A stretch of DNA of 26,942 nucleotides, from the NCBI GenBank assembly GCA_037142615.1, contig JBAXAI010000047.1:1-26942 (forward strand). The letters run 5' to 3'. Positions 17,072-25,671 of the stretch are shown here, piece after piece (within the stretch, counting starts at the first letter, position 1; each line of letters opens with the position of its first letter). A program made the translations under genes and the position numbers. This DNA comes from Spirochaetales bacterium. GTDB taxonomy: Bacteria; Spirochaetota; Spirochaetia; JABEVK01. The notes below the pieces were generated by a model, which was given only the letters and a program-made list of their open reading frames with translations, was not told where the DNA came from and ran no database searches.

Positions 17072-19344
17072 TCGGCTATCCTCCTGACAAACACTTCAAC
17101 GAGCTCGGGGACCGTGACGGGGGGCGCCTGCAGCAGTCCAAGAACCACCTTAAGCTGACGTTCGCCCTCGTGGGGGCTCAAGTATTCCAAGGGAGACTTC
17201 CCGCAGACCCGCGCCAGAAGACAAGCCAGAGTGTGCCTCACCGCTCTGGCTTCTAGGCCGCGAAACCACGCCGGCTGGCCCACTTCCTGCAGGTAGGCAC
17301 GCCAGAAGGTCGCCGCCGCTTCCGCGAACGCGGAGCGCAACCCAACCAGATGGTTGGCCTTGCTCAGCAGGTGCGTCAACGCGAACCCGAGATCGAAGGC
17401 CGGATCACCAAAGTGCATCACTTCGTGGTCGAGCAAGACCAGGCGGTTCTGGTAGACCAGCGCGTTTTTGGGGCTGTAGTCGCCGTGGGTCAGCGCCACG
17501 GTGGTGGCGCGGGTCTCTTGCACCAGCGCGCTCAGGAACTCCCTGGCCGCCGCGCAAGTCTGGGCCGAATAGAGGTAGTAGGCCTCCACGCGCAAGGTTT
17601 CGAAGTAGGAGCGGTCGGCGAACTCGGCGGCCAAGAGGGGCGCCTGTTGCCCGGGCGCGCGCTCCAGTTGGGCCAGGAGAGTCCCGTGCTGGCGCACCAG
17701 GTCGAGGTCGAGCTCGCCGGCCAGAAGCAGGGTCTTCCAGTTCTGGTGGGGCTCGGGAACGGCCTCCATCGCCAGCACATCGACCGAACGATCCTCCAAC
17801 ACGAGCTTGGGGACGCTCCCCTGCGGTAGCAATTGTCCCAGCCATTTCAGGCCGAGAGCTTCCTGATGGATGCGTTTGGGGTCGCTGAACCAATCGGACT
17901 TCACTCGGAGCTTCCCCAGGGCCTGCTTGATCACCCAGGCCTCGCCGCCCGGTCGCCCGAGCCAAACGGTCCGGTTGGATACCCCACCGGCCAACACCCG
18001 CATTTTGAGCGTTTCGTCGGGGTCCACGAGGCGCTTGTCCTGCAGGTAGGCCCTCAGCGACGCGGGGTCCTCGATATCGAGGGCGAGATAGCCGATGGTT
18101 TGGGGCCCCTCCGGGAGGACGCAGACCCTGAGGTCAGGCTTTGCCAGGCGCAGCCTGGCGAGCAGGGCCAACGGGTCCCCGCAGGGTTGGTAGAGCGCCT
18201 CGGTGATCTGCTCGGGCGAGAGACCCACGGAATGGACGAAGACGTCTTGCTTGAGCAAGATTTGGCACTGAATCTGCACGGCCCATTGATCGGGTTCGGA
18301 AAAGTCTGGCTGGGCCAGCAGTTCCAAGGCTCTCGTCGGTGAGCCTGCCTTTGCCAGCAGCTTGGCGTAGCCCCCATGGTCGGGAAGACCATCCTCGCAG
18401 CCAGCGCACAGGAGGATGGTGCCTCCGTCGCGGACGACCCGGCTGGCGGCGCTGATGCCCTTGATCGTCTGGTAAAGGTTTTGGTCGAGCGGGTAGCCCC
18501 CGTTGGTGGTGATCGCGACGTCGTAGGGCTGGTCGACCTTCAGCATGGCGCTGCTGCGCACGAACTCGCAGCCCGCCTGGTGCGCGGCGAGCATGTCGCC
18601 GGCAAAGACGCCGGTAATCTGCTTGAGAGCGTTCATGGTCACGTTCACCAGAAAGGTTGGCTTGACCCTCAGGGCGACTTCACAGATCTCCTCCCACAAG
18701 GGGTTGCCCCGGGTGACCCCCCAGGTGGCCAGCGGATGCCCGATCATGGCAAAACTGTGGTTCGTCTGCACGCTCTCGGCACCGGCCAGAGCCGGGAGAA
18801 CGGCCTTCGGTCCGCCGCTAAACCCCGCGAAAAAGTGGGGTTCGATGAAACCGGTCAGGATTCGAACGTCCGATTCCAGCAGAAGGCGGTTGACCCTCAC
18901 GGGGTTGCCCAAGCTCGTGGTTCCCAAGGAAACCAGCCGTGCATCGTCGTTGCCATCGTGTTGTTCGCAGCGGTATCTATCGACCACGGCATCGCCAAGC
19001 ATCTTCCGCAGTTCGGCCTGAGTCTGCGGACGGTGGGTTCCCAAGCCATTGAGGAGCACGATGTCCTGACGGTGCACGCCCGCCGCCTCCAGTTCTTCCA
19101 GAATGACCGGTAGCAATCGTTCATTCGGGGTGGCACGGGTAATGTCGCTGTGGACGAGCACAACTTTGTCGCCCGGCTTGGCGAGCATGCGCAGGGGTGG
19201 TGAGCCAATCGGCTCCCGAAGGGCTTGGACGAGCGAAGCGCGCTCGTCGCTCAGGCCGGCGACGGGGGCGCACCTGAGAATGTCGGTTCCCTCGGGAAGG
19301 TCCAGCTTCAGGCCCTCCCTACCGTAGGGCAGGTTGATCGTCAT
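17062..19344 (-). CDS. larA: LarA-family nickel-pincer racemase/epimerase fused to an APH/MtnK-like phosphotransferase
   Basis: Residues ~1-420: SDITR, GTHR, EPHFFAGFSGGPK, NHS, YQTIKG, DQW, LPEGP. Residues ~421-760: GGVSN, VIKQA, HGDYSPKN, LLDHE, GDPAFDLG. Confidence 0.88.
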   Translation of the reverse strand: MTINLPYGREGLKLDLPEGTDILRCAPVAGLSDERASLVQALREPIGSPPLRMLAKPGDKVVLVHSDITRATPNERLLPVILEELEAAGVHRQDIVLLNGLGTHRPQTQAELRKMLGDAVVDRYRCEQHDGNDDARLVSLGTTSLGNPVRVNRLLLESDVRILTGFIEPHFFAGFSGGPKAVLPALAGAESVQTNHSFAMIGHPLATWGVTRGNPLWEEICEVALRVKPTFLVNVTMNALKQITGVFAGDMLAAHQAGCEFVRSSAMLKVDQPYDVAITTNGGYPLDQNLYQTIKGISAASRVVRDGGTILLCAGCEDGLPDHGGYAKLLAKAGSPTRALELLAQPDFSEPDQWAVQIQCQILLKQDVFVHSVGLSPEQITEALYQPCGDPLALLARLRLAKPDLRVCVLPEGPQTIGYLALDIEDPASLRAYLQDKRLVDPDETLKMRVLAGGVSNRTVWLGRPGGEAWVIKQALGKLRVKSDWFSDPKRIHQEALGLKWLGQLLPQGSVPKLVLEDRSVDVLAMEAVPEPHQNWKTLLLAGELDLDLVRQHGTLLAQLERAPGQQAPLLAAEFADRSYFETLRVEAYYLYSAQTCAAAREFLSALVQETRATTVALTHGDYSPKNALVYQNRLVLLDHEVMHFGDPAFDLGFALTHLLSKANHLVGLRSAFAEAAATFWRAYLQEVGQPAWFRGLEARAVRHTLACLLARVCGKSPLEYLSPHEGERQLKVVLGLLQAPPVTVPELVEVFVRRIAECP

Positions 19345-19421
19345 CGTCGCCTCCGCTCGCGGTCAAGGGTGGGGCACACGGACGAGCGCTGTCAAGGCGA
19401 AAACGGGCCCGAAAGACGATT

Positions 19422-19438
19422 TTGTTAATTGTCAACAT
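19422..19438. promoter_or_regulatory. Palindromic operator TTGTTAATTGTCAACAT in the divergent larA/AKR intergenic region
   Basis: AT-rich imperfect palindrome, 15/17 identical to the reverse complement of 22808-22824. Confidence 0.65.
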
Positions 19439-19501
19439 CGCCGATATGGTGGTAACCTTGGGGGCCCTGTGGGAGAAAACCAGCGGGCAGGGAGGCCGTC
19501 C

Positions 19502-20455
19502 ATGAAGACGCTGAAACTCGGGGGAACCGGAGGCACCGTGAGCGCCTTGTGCTTGGGAACCATGGACTTCGGAGTCAAGACCGAACCGCGTCAGGCCGAG
19601 GCGCTTCTCGACCGCTACTGCGAGGCCGGAGGCACCTTTCTGGATACGGCAAACAACTACGGACGCTGGACCGACGGGGGCGGCCGGGAATCGGAAACCG
19701 TCCTCGGCGAATGGATGCGTACCCGAAAGAACCGGAACAGCCTGTTCCTCGCGACCAAGGTGGGCGCGAACCCTCCGGCAAGGGGCTGGAGCTTGAAGCC
19801 GCAGTTGATCCGGGAGGAACTCGAAGAAAGCCTGCGCCGGTTGGGAACCGACCACGTCGATCTCTACTACGCCCACATCGACGTGCGGGAAGACCCGCTG
19901 GAAGAGACCCTTGGCGTCTTCGACCAGTTGCACCGGGAAGGAAAGTTCCTTGCACTGGGGTGCAGTAACTACCGCGCTTGGCGCATCGAACAGGCGCGGC
20001 AGCTCAGCAAGGACCGGGGCTTCCCCGCCTACTGCTGTGCCCAGTTGCGCCACACCTACTTGCGGCCGGTGCCGGGCGCCTCGTTCCGGCCACAGGTGTT
20101 CATCGACGAGGAAACCAGGGACTATGCGCGCGCGAACAAGGACTTTCTTTTGCTTGGCTATTCCATCGCTCTGGGCGGGGCCTACGCTTCGAGGCCGGAG
20201 AAGCCAGTGCCTTTGGCGTACCGCGGACCGGATACCGACGACCGGCTGAGGGTGCTCGCCGAGGTCTCGCGGGAAACGGGGGCTTCCGCGGTCCAGGTTG
20301 TCCTGGCCTGGATGCTCGCCTCAGCTCCGACCGTCCTTCCGCTGATCAGCTCAAGCACCCTGCAACAGTTGGACGAAAACCTAGGGTCGCTCGAAGTGGT
20401 CCTGAGTTCCGAACAGATGGTGCGGCTTGACCAGGCGGGCGCTAGGGCTTGTTGA
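19502..20455 (+). CDS. Aldo/keto reductase
   Basis: LCLGTMDFG, FLDTANNY, LATKVG, SLRRLGTDHVDLYYAH, LGCSN, QLDENL; RBS GGAGG. Confidence 0.93.
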   Translation: MKTLKLGGTGGTVSALCLGTMDFGVKTEPRQAEALLDRYCEAGGTFLDTANNYGRWTDGGGRESETVLGEWMRTRKNRNSLFLATKVGANPPARGWSLKPQLIREELEESLRRLGTDHVDLYYAHIDVREDPLEETLGVFDQLHREGKFLALGCSNYRAWRIEQARQLSKDRGFPAYCCAQLRHTYLRPVPGASFRPQVFIDEETRDYARANKDFLLLGYSIALGGAYASRPEKPVPLAYRGPDTDDRLRVLAEVSRETGASAVQVVLAWMLASAPTVLPLISSSTLQQLDENLGSLEVVLSSEQMVRLDQAGARAC

Positions 20456-21410
20456 CGGCGTTTCTCGGCGGCTTGCCGGTCAACACGTCGGCGACCCCTT
20501 GAGCCGCTTTGGTCTGCAGTTCCACTTGTGCCTCTTCCGAGTACCAGCCGGTGTGGTCCGACAAGACCACATTGTCCAAGCCAAACAGAGAGTAGTTTGG
20601 GGGCACCGGCTCGGTCTCGTGCACATCCAGCCCCGCGCTGTTGAGGTGTCCGTTTTTGAGGGCTTCGTACAGGGCTTGGGTGTCGACCAAACCACCCCGG
20701 CTGGTGTTGATGAAGATCGCTCCCGGTTTCATTTTGGCAAAGGCGGCTGCGTTGAACAAGTGCCGGGTTTTTTCGCCCAAAGGCACGTGGCACGAGAGGA
20801 AATCGGACCGGGAAAGAAGGTCGCCAAAGTCAACTTTCTCCCCGCCTGCCTCGCGGATAACCTCTTCTGGTACAAAGGGATCGTACACGAGAACCCTCTT
20901 CAGGTCGAAGCCCTTGAGCTTGCGGTGCAACACCTTGGGAATGCTGCCGTACCCCGCCAAGCCAAACACCTTTCCGGCGATGCGGAACATCGGGTCTTTG
21001 GTGCCGATGTTCCACTGCCCTGACCTCACTTGGCGGTCGCGAAGCGAGGTCTTTCGAACGCAGGCCATCAACAGGGCAAAGGCCTGGTCGGAGACGTCTT
21101 CGAGGCAGTAGTCGGGCACGTTGAGTACGAAGATGCCCTTCCGCGCGGCCGCTTGGATGTCGACATTGTCGAACCCGACGCCGTAGCGGGCAATCACCTT
21201 GCAGCGCGCAAGCCCCGAGATGGTCTCGGCCGACAGCGGGGCAAGGTTGACCAGAATCGCATCGGCGTCGCCACACAGAGCCAGAATTTCTCCGGGAGAC
21301 GACGCCCCGGAGCCCTCGATCACTTCTGCCCCGATGGCCTCGAGCACCCGCCGTTCGTAGCCATGGCTCGCGTAGCGGTCCTCAAGCAAAACGACTTTGT
21401 AGTTTGACAT
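20442..21410 (-). CDS. D-isomer-specific 2-hydroxyacid dehydrogenase (CtBP-like)
   Basis: RYGVGFDNVD, NVPDYC, NTSRG, DVHETEP, SDHTGWYSE; true start MSNYK at 21410 after AGGAGG. Confidence 0.9.
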   Translation of the reverse strand: MSNYKVVLLEDRYASHGYERRVLEAIGAEVIEGSGASSPGEILALCGDADAILVNLAPLSAETISGLARCKVIARYGVGFDNVDIQAAARKGIFVLNVPDYCLEDVSDQAFALLMACVRKTSLRDRQVRSGQWNIGTKDPMFRIAGKVFGLAGYGSIPKVLHRKLKGFDLKRVLVYDPFVPEEVIREAGGEKVDFGDLLSRSDFLSCHVPLGEKTRHLFNAAAFAKMKPGAIFINTSRGGLVDTQALYEALKNGHLNSAGLDVHETEPVPPNYSLFGLDNVVLSDHTGWYSEEAQVELQTKAAQGVADVLTGKPPRNAVNKP

Positions 21411-21418
21411 GGATCCTC

Positions 21419-22201
21419 CTAGGGCTTCACAACCGCGCGGGTCGCACCGGTCGACATGCCCCCGTCGACGAGCAGAGTCTGTCCGGTGACATACGTGCTG
21501 GCATCTGACGCGAGAAACAAGAGCGCGCCCTCGAGTTCCTCGGTCTTTCCTGGCCGTTTCAGCGGCAGCCGGTCGTTCAAATAGGCAAGCCACTCGGGGT
21601 TTTCGTACAACGCCGCCGTCTGGTCGGTCTTGAACCAACCGGGAGCCAAGCAGTTGACGGTGATTCCGTGAGCACCCCACTCGTCGGCCAGGCTCATGGT
21701 CAACTGTTTCATTCCGCCCCGGCTGGCGCAGTAAGGGCCGATGCCGGCGTAGCCGAACACCGCAGTCAGCGAGCCGATGTTGATGACGCGCCCGTACCCC
21801 CGGGAAAGCATCCCGGGAACCAGCGCCTGGGCCACGAAGAAGGCCCCCCGCAGGTTGGTGTCGAGCACGCGGTTCCAGTCGTCCCACGTGACCTCGAGGG
21901 CCGGTTTGCGCACGTTGCACCCGGCGTTGTTGACCAGAATATCGACGTTGGCGGACGAGGAAACGTTCCGGGCCAAGGCGTCGATACTCGCCTTCTCGGT
22001 CACTTCGAGAGGCAGCGGGAGCGCGGTGCGGCCGAGCTCCCGGATTTCGGCCACAACGCCCTCAAGCGCCTCGACGTTCCGGGCCGTCACCACCAGGTCG
22101 GCCCCGGCGCGGGCCAGAGTCAAGGCAAAGTGGCGGCCCAAACCTCGGCTGGCGCCGGTGACCAGGGCCGTGCGACCGTGCAAATCAAACGGTGGGTTCA
22201 T
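21419..22201 (-). CDS. SDR-family oxidoreductase (gluconate 5-dehydrogenase / KduD-like)
   Basis: FDLHGRTALVTGASRGLG, NNAG, YCASR, NCLAPGWFKT. Confidence 0.88.
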   Translation of the reverse strand: MNPPFDLHGRTALVTGASRGLGRHFALTLARAGADLVVTARNVEALEGVVAEIRELGRTALPLPLEVTEKASIDALARNVSSSANVDILVNNAGCNVRKPALEVTWDDWNRVLDTNLRGAFFVAQALVPGMLSRGYGRVINIGSLTAVFGYAGIGPYCASRGGMKQLTMSLADEWGAHGITVNCLAPGWFKTDQTAALYENPEWLAYLNDRLPLKRPGKTEELEGALLFLASDASTYVTGQTLLVDGGMSTGATRAVVKP

Positions 22202-22712
22202 GACGTACCCCTGGAGTGCGACCATCGCTGCCCAACACCGGTTGAAGGATCTCGATGATGAAGCCGACCGCCTTCTCGGTGTCGTAGTTGACCCAGTAGG
22301 AACCCTCGCGGATGCCGGCACCCTCTTGGGTAGGACCCATTCCCTTGTCAACAAGGTAGGTCGTGAGCGCTTGATGGTCGGGAACGTTGAACCTCAAGTG
22401 GTGGAGGCCCGGGCCCTTCTGCTCGAGAAAATCCGACCAAATGCTCTTGCCGTCGACGGGCTGGATCAACTCGAGCTCGATACTGCCAAGGTCAGCAAAA
22501 GCTTGCCTGGTATGAAAATGAGCCGGCTCGCCGAAGTACAGTTGCTGCTGGGCTCGCTCGGGCGGGGGACAGTCCACCACGCGGAAAGGACCAATGCCGA
22601 ACACCGAGGTGAGGGTCTCCATGCTTTGTTCCAGATTGGCGACGACCACCCCTAGTTGAATAGCGGTCCGAAAAGGCCTGGTAAGTGAGTTCGAAGAGGC
22701 AGGCAGTTCCAT
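22185..22712 (-). CDS. VOC-superfamily protein (methylmalonyl-CoA epimerase / glyoxalase-like)
   Basis: QLGVVVANLE, IELELIQP..SIWSDFLEQKGPGLHHL, GFIIEI. Confidence 0.85.
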   Translation of the reverse strand: MELPASSNSLTRPFRTAIQLGVVVANLEQSMETLTSVFGIGPFRVVDCPPPERAQQQLYFGEPAHFHTRQAFADLGSIELELIQPVDGKSIWSDFLEQKGPGLHHLRFNVPDHQALTTYLVDKGMGPTQEGAGIREGSYWVNYDTEKAVGFIIEILQPVLGSDGRTPGVRHEPTV

Positions 22713-22807
22713 GGTTCTCCTCCAAGTACGGCCACTTGGACGGCCGCAAACTCAGGTTAGGGGCGAAAAGGCAGCTCTGTCTACGGCCGGACCCACGAAA
22801 AGAAAAA

Positions 22808-22839
22808 TTGTTGACAGTTAACAAATAGGGGTTTAGCAT
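22808..22839 (+). promoter_or_regulatory. Sigma70 promoter for the ABC operon with a palindromic operator over the -35 element
   Basis: TTGACA (22811-22816), 17 bp, TAGCAT (22834-22839); palindrome TTGTTGACAGTTAACAA at 22808-22824. Confidence 0.7.
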
Positions 22840-22983
22840 TCCGAATCGCCGGCCAGACACGATGGAGGAGGCATCGCCAGCGCTGAGATACTGCCGCAAA
22901 TCACGGGAAGACCCGTGGTTTTCGTCTAGAAGGGTTCGATGGGGCAAGTCTCCATCGTGAGTTTTCCATAGCAAAAGGAGATT

Positions 22984-24612
22984 ATGATGAGACGAATTGT
23001 TCAATTGATCCTTGCAGCGTCAGTGATCGTGCTGGCCGCATTTCAGGTGTCTGCCGAACCGGTCAAAGTATCGATCTGGTCGGCCATCACCGGCGTCGGA
23101 CAGGAAGGAAAGACCGAGGTATCCTACAGCGATACCCCCATTGGAAACATGGTTTCCGGGATAAACGGGGTCGACTGGCAAATCCAGTATACCCAGAACA
23201 GCAACTTCGCTAATGCGTTCAACCTTCGCCTGGCTTCCGATGACTGGCCCGAAGCCATCAACATGCCTTCGGCAACCCTCATGCCGATGGACAAACTCCA
23301 GAAGTTGATCGACGCCAAGGTGATCGTCCCGCTCGACAAGTACTACAACAACCCGAAGTACCCCTACATCAACATGATTCCGAAGAAGGTCATCGACTAC
23401 TGGCGGATGCCCGACGGCCATATCTACAACTTCCCCACGGGCGTCTACGCTGACCCGAAGCAGGCCTACGGTTATTGGGCAGCGGCGGTTTGGGCCGTAC
23501 GTCCCGACTACCTGGCCGCCGTCAATATGACGACTTCCGATCTCAAGACGATTGCCGGAGTGGAAAAATTCCTGCGCGCCGTCAAGGCCAAGGGCCTCAA
23601 GAACAGCGACGGTCTGCCGGTTTACCCCATCAGTTCCGGTGAGAACATCGGTCTCGCCGACCTCATCCTCAATACCTTCGGCGTCTCAACCGTCGGACAA
23701 GGTTTCGACATGGTCGGCAGCAAGATGGTCAACGTCCGCGACAACCCGCAAACCAAAGCCGCCCTCGCGTGGCTGAACTCGCTGTGGGCCGACGGAATCA
23801 TCGACCCGGAAGCTCTTTCGCAGAAGAACGACACCCTGCGCGAGAAGATGATGGGCAAGCGCGTCGCTATGATGGCGAGCTTCGCCTGGCCCTACTGGCA
23901 GACGGTCACCGCGGGAATCACGCCGGTCACCGACATGGCCTTCTTGGAATACCCATCGGCTCCTGGCGCGGCCAAGTCTGGCGTCAACGTCACCTACAAC
24001 CCGAACGGCAGCGCGGGCGGCCTTCTGATCACGAAGAACGCCAAGAACCCCGAGGCGATTGTCAACCTGGTCAACGAGACCTGGAAGGACTTTGACCCCA
24101 AGATGAGTGCCGACGCGAAGTGGGAGCATCAACTTACCCTGGAGTACGGCAACCGAGGCGTGTTCTGGGACTGGGATCCGAAGCTTGGCAAGCCTTACTA
24201 CGTGACGCTGCGCGACATGGCTGCTGCCGGCGGCGACTACAACAAGATCGCGGCGATTGGCTTCTCGATGAACCCGATCATCGTGCAGGGCAACGACTCG
24301 AACTACTTCACGGCCAACCTGAAGGACGTGCTCGACTGGATCTTCCGGATGCACAAGTTCTACTACAACAAGCCCAACGTGGCGCCGGAACGCCCGTTTG
24401 ACTCGCTCAAGATGCCGGCCGAAGGGCTGTGGAACAAGAATGCCGAAGTTCTCGGTCGCCTGGACCTCGAATACAAGGCCAAGCTGATTTCGGCGCCCAA
24501 GGGTGGCTTCGAAGCCGTCTGGAAGGACTACCAGAACCAGCTGGAACAGCAGGGCAACTGGTCGAAGGTTCGCGCGGAGTGGGAAGCGGCCTACAAGGCG
24601 CAAGTCAAGTAA
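22984..24612 (+). CDS. Carbohydrate ABC transporter substrate-binding protein
   Basis: Signal peptide ending AFQVSA|EP with no lipobox Cys; FNLRLAS, IVPLDKY, PDGHIY, LWADGIIDP, ITKNAKNPE; RBS AAGGAG. Confidence 0.88.
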   Translation: MMRRIVQLILAASVIVLAAFQVSAEPVKVSIWSAITGVGQEGKTEVSYSDTPIGNMVSGINGVDWQIQYTQNSNFANAFNLRLASDDWPEAINMPSATLMPMDKLQKLIDAKVIVPLDKYYNNPKYPYINMIPKKVIDYWRMPDGHIYNFPTGVYADPKQAYGYWAAAVWAVRPDYLAAVNMTTSDLKTIAGVEKFLRAVKAKGLKNSDGLPVYPISSGENIGLADLILNTFGVSTVGQGFDMVGSKMVNVRDNPQTKAALAWLNSLWADGIIDPEALSQKNDTLREKMMGKRVAMMASFAWPYWQTVTAGITPVTDMAFLEYPSAPGAAKSGVNVTYNPNGSAGGLLITKNAKNPEAIVNLVNETWKDFDPKMSADAKWEHQLTLEYGNRGVFWDWDPKLGKPYYVTLRDMAAAGGDYNKIAAIGFSMNPIIVQGNDSNYFTANLKDVLDWIFRMHKFYYNKPNVAPERPFDSLKMPAEGLWNKNAEVLGRLDLEYKAKLISAPKGGFEAVWKDYQNQLEQQGNWSKVRAEWEAAYKAQVK

Positions 24613-24627
24613 TTCCCGCTAGGGGTT

Positions 24628-24663
24628 CTGGCGCGCGCCGGTAACGACGCGCGCCAGTTTTTT
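24628..24663 (+). terminator. GC-rich stem-loop plus T-tract between the SBP and permease genes
   Basis: ctggcgcgcg (24628-24637) pairs with cgcgcgccag (24648-24657), followed by tttttt. Confidence 0.75.
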
Positions 24664-24691
24664 CCAGTCGAGAGTTCCGACGGAGGTTGGT

Positions 24692-25657
24692 ATGACCAGC
24701 GCAGAGACCAAGCCACTAGGTATCCAGCCCCGTCCCCCGACAAAGCATTCTCTTGGCCGACGCCTTAAGCGAACGGTCAGTCTGTACGGCTGGCTCTACG
24801 CCTTCATCCTGCCGGGAATCATCTTGCTTTTCCTGTTCGCCTATATGCCCATGGTTGGGCTTCAAGTGGCGTTCAAGGACTATGTGATCTACAAGCCCCT
24901 TTCGGAGGCGCCCTGGGTAGGGTTTCAGTACTTCTCCTTCATTACTGACCCCGTCTTCTGGCAGTCGTTCAACAACACGATTCTGATCACCTTCTTCCGG
25001 TTTCTCTTCGGTTTCCCGGCGCCGATTATTCTGGCCATCTTGCTCAACGAGCTCTACAACGCGCCCTTTCGCCGCCTCATCCAGAGTCTGAGCTACCTGC
25101 CACACTTCATCTCCTGGATAGTGGTTTCCTACATTCTCTATACCTTCATGCAACTCGATACGGGTCCGCTCAACATGGTGCTGCAGTACCTTGGCTTCGA
25201 GCAGACCAACTTCATGGGTACCCAGGACTACTTTCGGCCCATCGTGATCATCAGCGCTATTTGGAAGGAACTCGGGTGGGGGGCCATCATCTACTTGGCC
25301 GCTCTCTCGGGGATCGATCCGCAGCTCCATGAGGCCGCCATGATGGACGGCGCCGGGCGCCTGCAACGGATTCTCCACATCAACCTGCCGGGAATCATGC
25401 CGACGGTCAGCATCATGCTTATCCTGGCGCTTCCCGGCCTGCTGACCGCCGGCTACGAGCAGATTTACCCCCTCGTGAACGCCACCAATCTCGGTGTGTC
25501 GAACGTGCTCGACGTGTACGTGATCCGTCTGGGCCTCACGCAGGCCCAATACAGCGTAGCAACCGCCATCGGCTTGGCGCTGGGGATCGTCAACACCTTG
25601 GTGGTTTTGGGTGCCAATTGGCTGGCCAAGCGGGCCGGCCAAACAGGATTTTGGTGA
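24692..25657 (+). CDS. Carbohydrate ABC transporter permease (LplB-like)
   Basis: PWVGFQYF, SYLPHFISW, WKELGWGAIIYLAALSGIDPQLHEAAMMDGA (EAA motif). Confidence 0.93.
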   Translation: MTSAETKPLGIQPRPPTKHSLGRRLKRTVSLYGWLYAFILPGIILLFLFAYMPMVGLQVAFKDYVIYKPLSEAPWVGFQYFSFITDPVFWQSFNNTILITFFRFLFGFPAPIILAILLNELYNAPFRRLIQSLSYLPHFISWIVVSYILYTFMQLDTGPLNMVLQYLGFEQTNFMGTQDYFRPIVIISAIWKELGWGAIIYLAALSGIDPQLHEAAMMDGAGRLQRILHINLPGIMPTVSIMLILALPGLLTAGYEQIYPLVNATNLGVSNVLDVYVIRLGLTQAQYSVATAIGLALGIVNTLVVLGANWLAKRAGQTGFW

Positions 25658-25671
25658 ACAAGGTGGCTACC

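Noticed and set aside
17062-18084. Calling the kinase mtnK (methionine salvage)
   Set aside because: Only fold-level motifs are shared, and no mtnA or other salvage genes lie nearby.
19390-19435. Two minus-strand TTGACA hexamers as the larA promoter
   Set aside because: Neither has a credible -10 element at 17-bp spacing.
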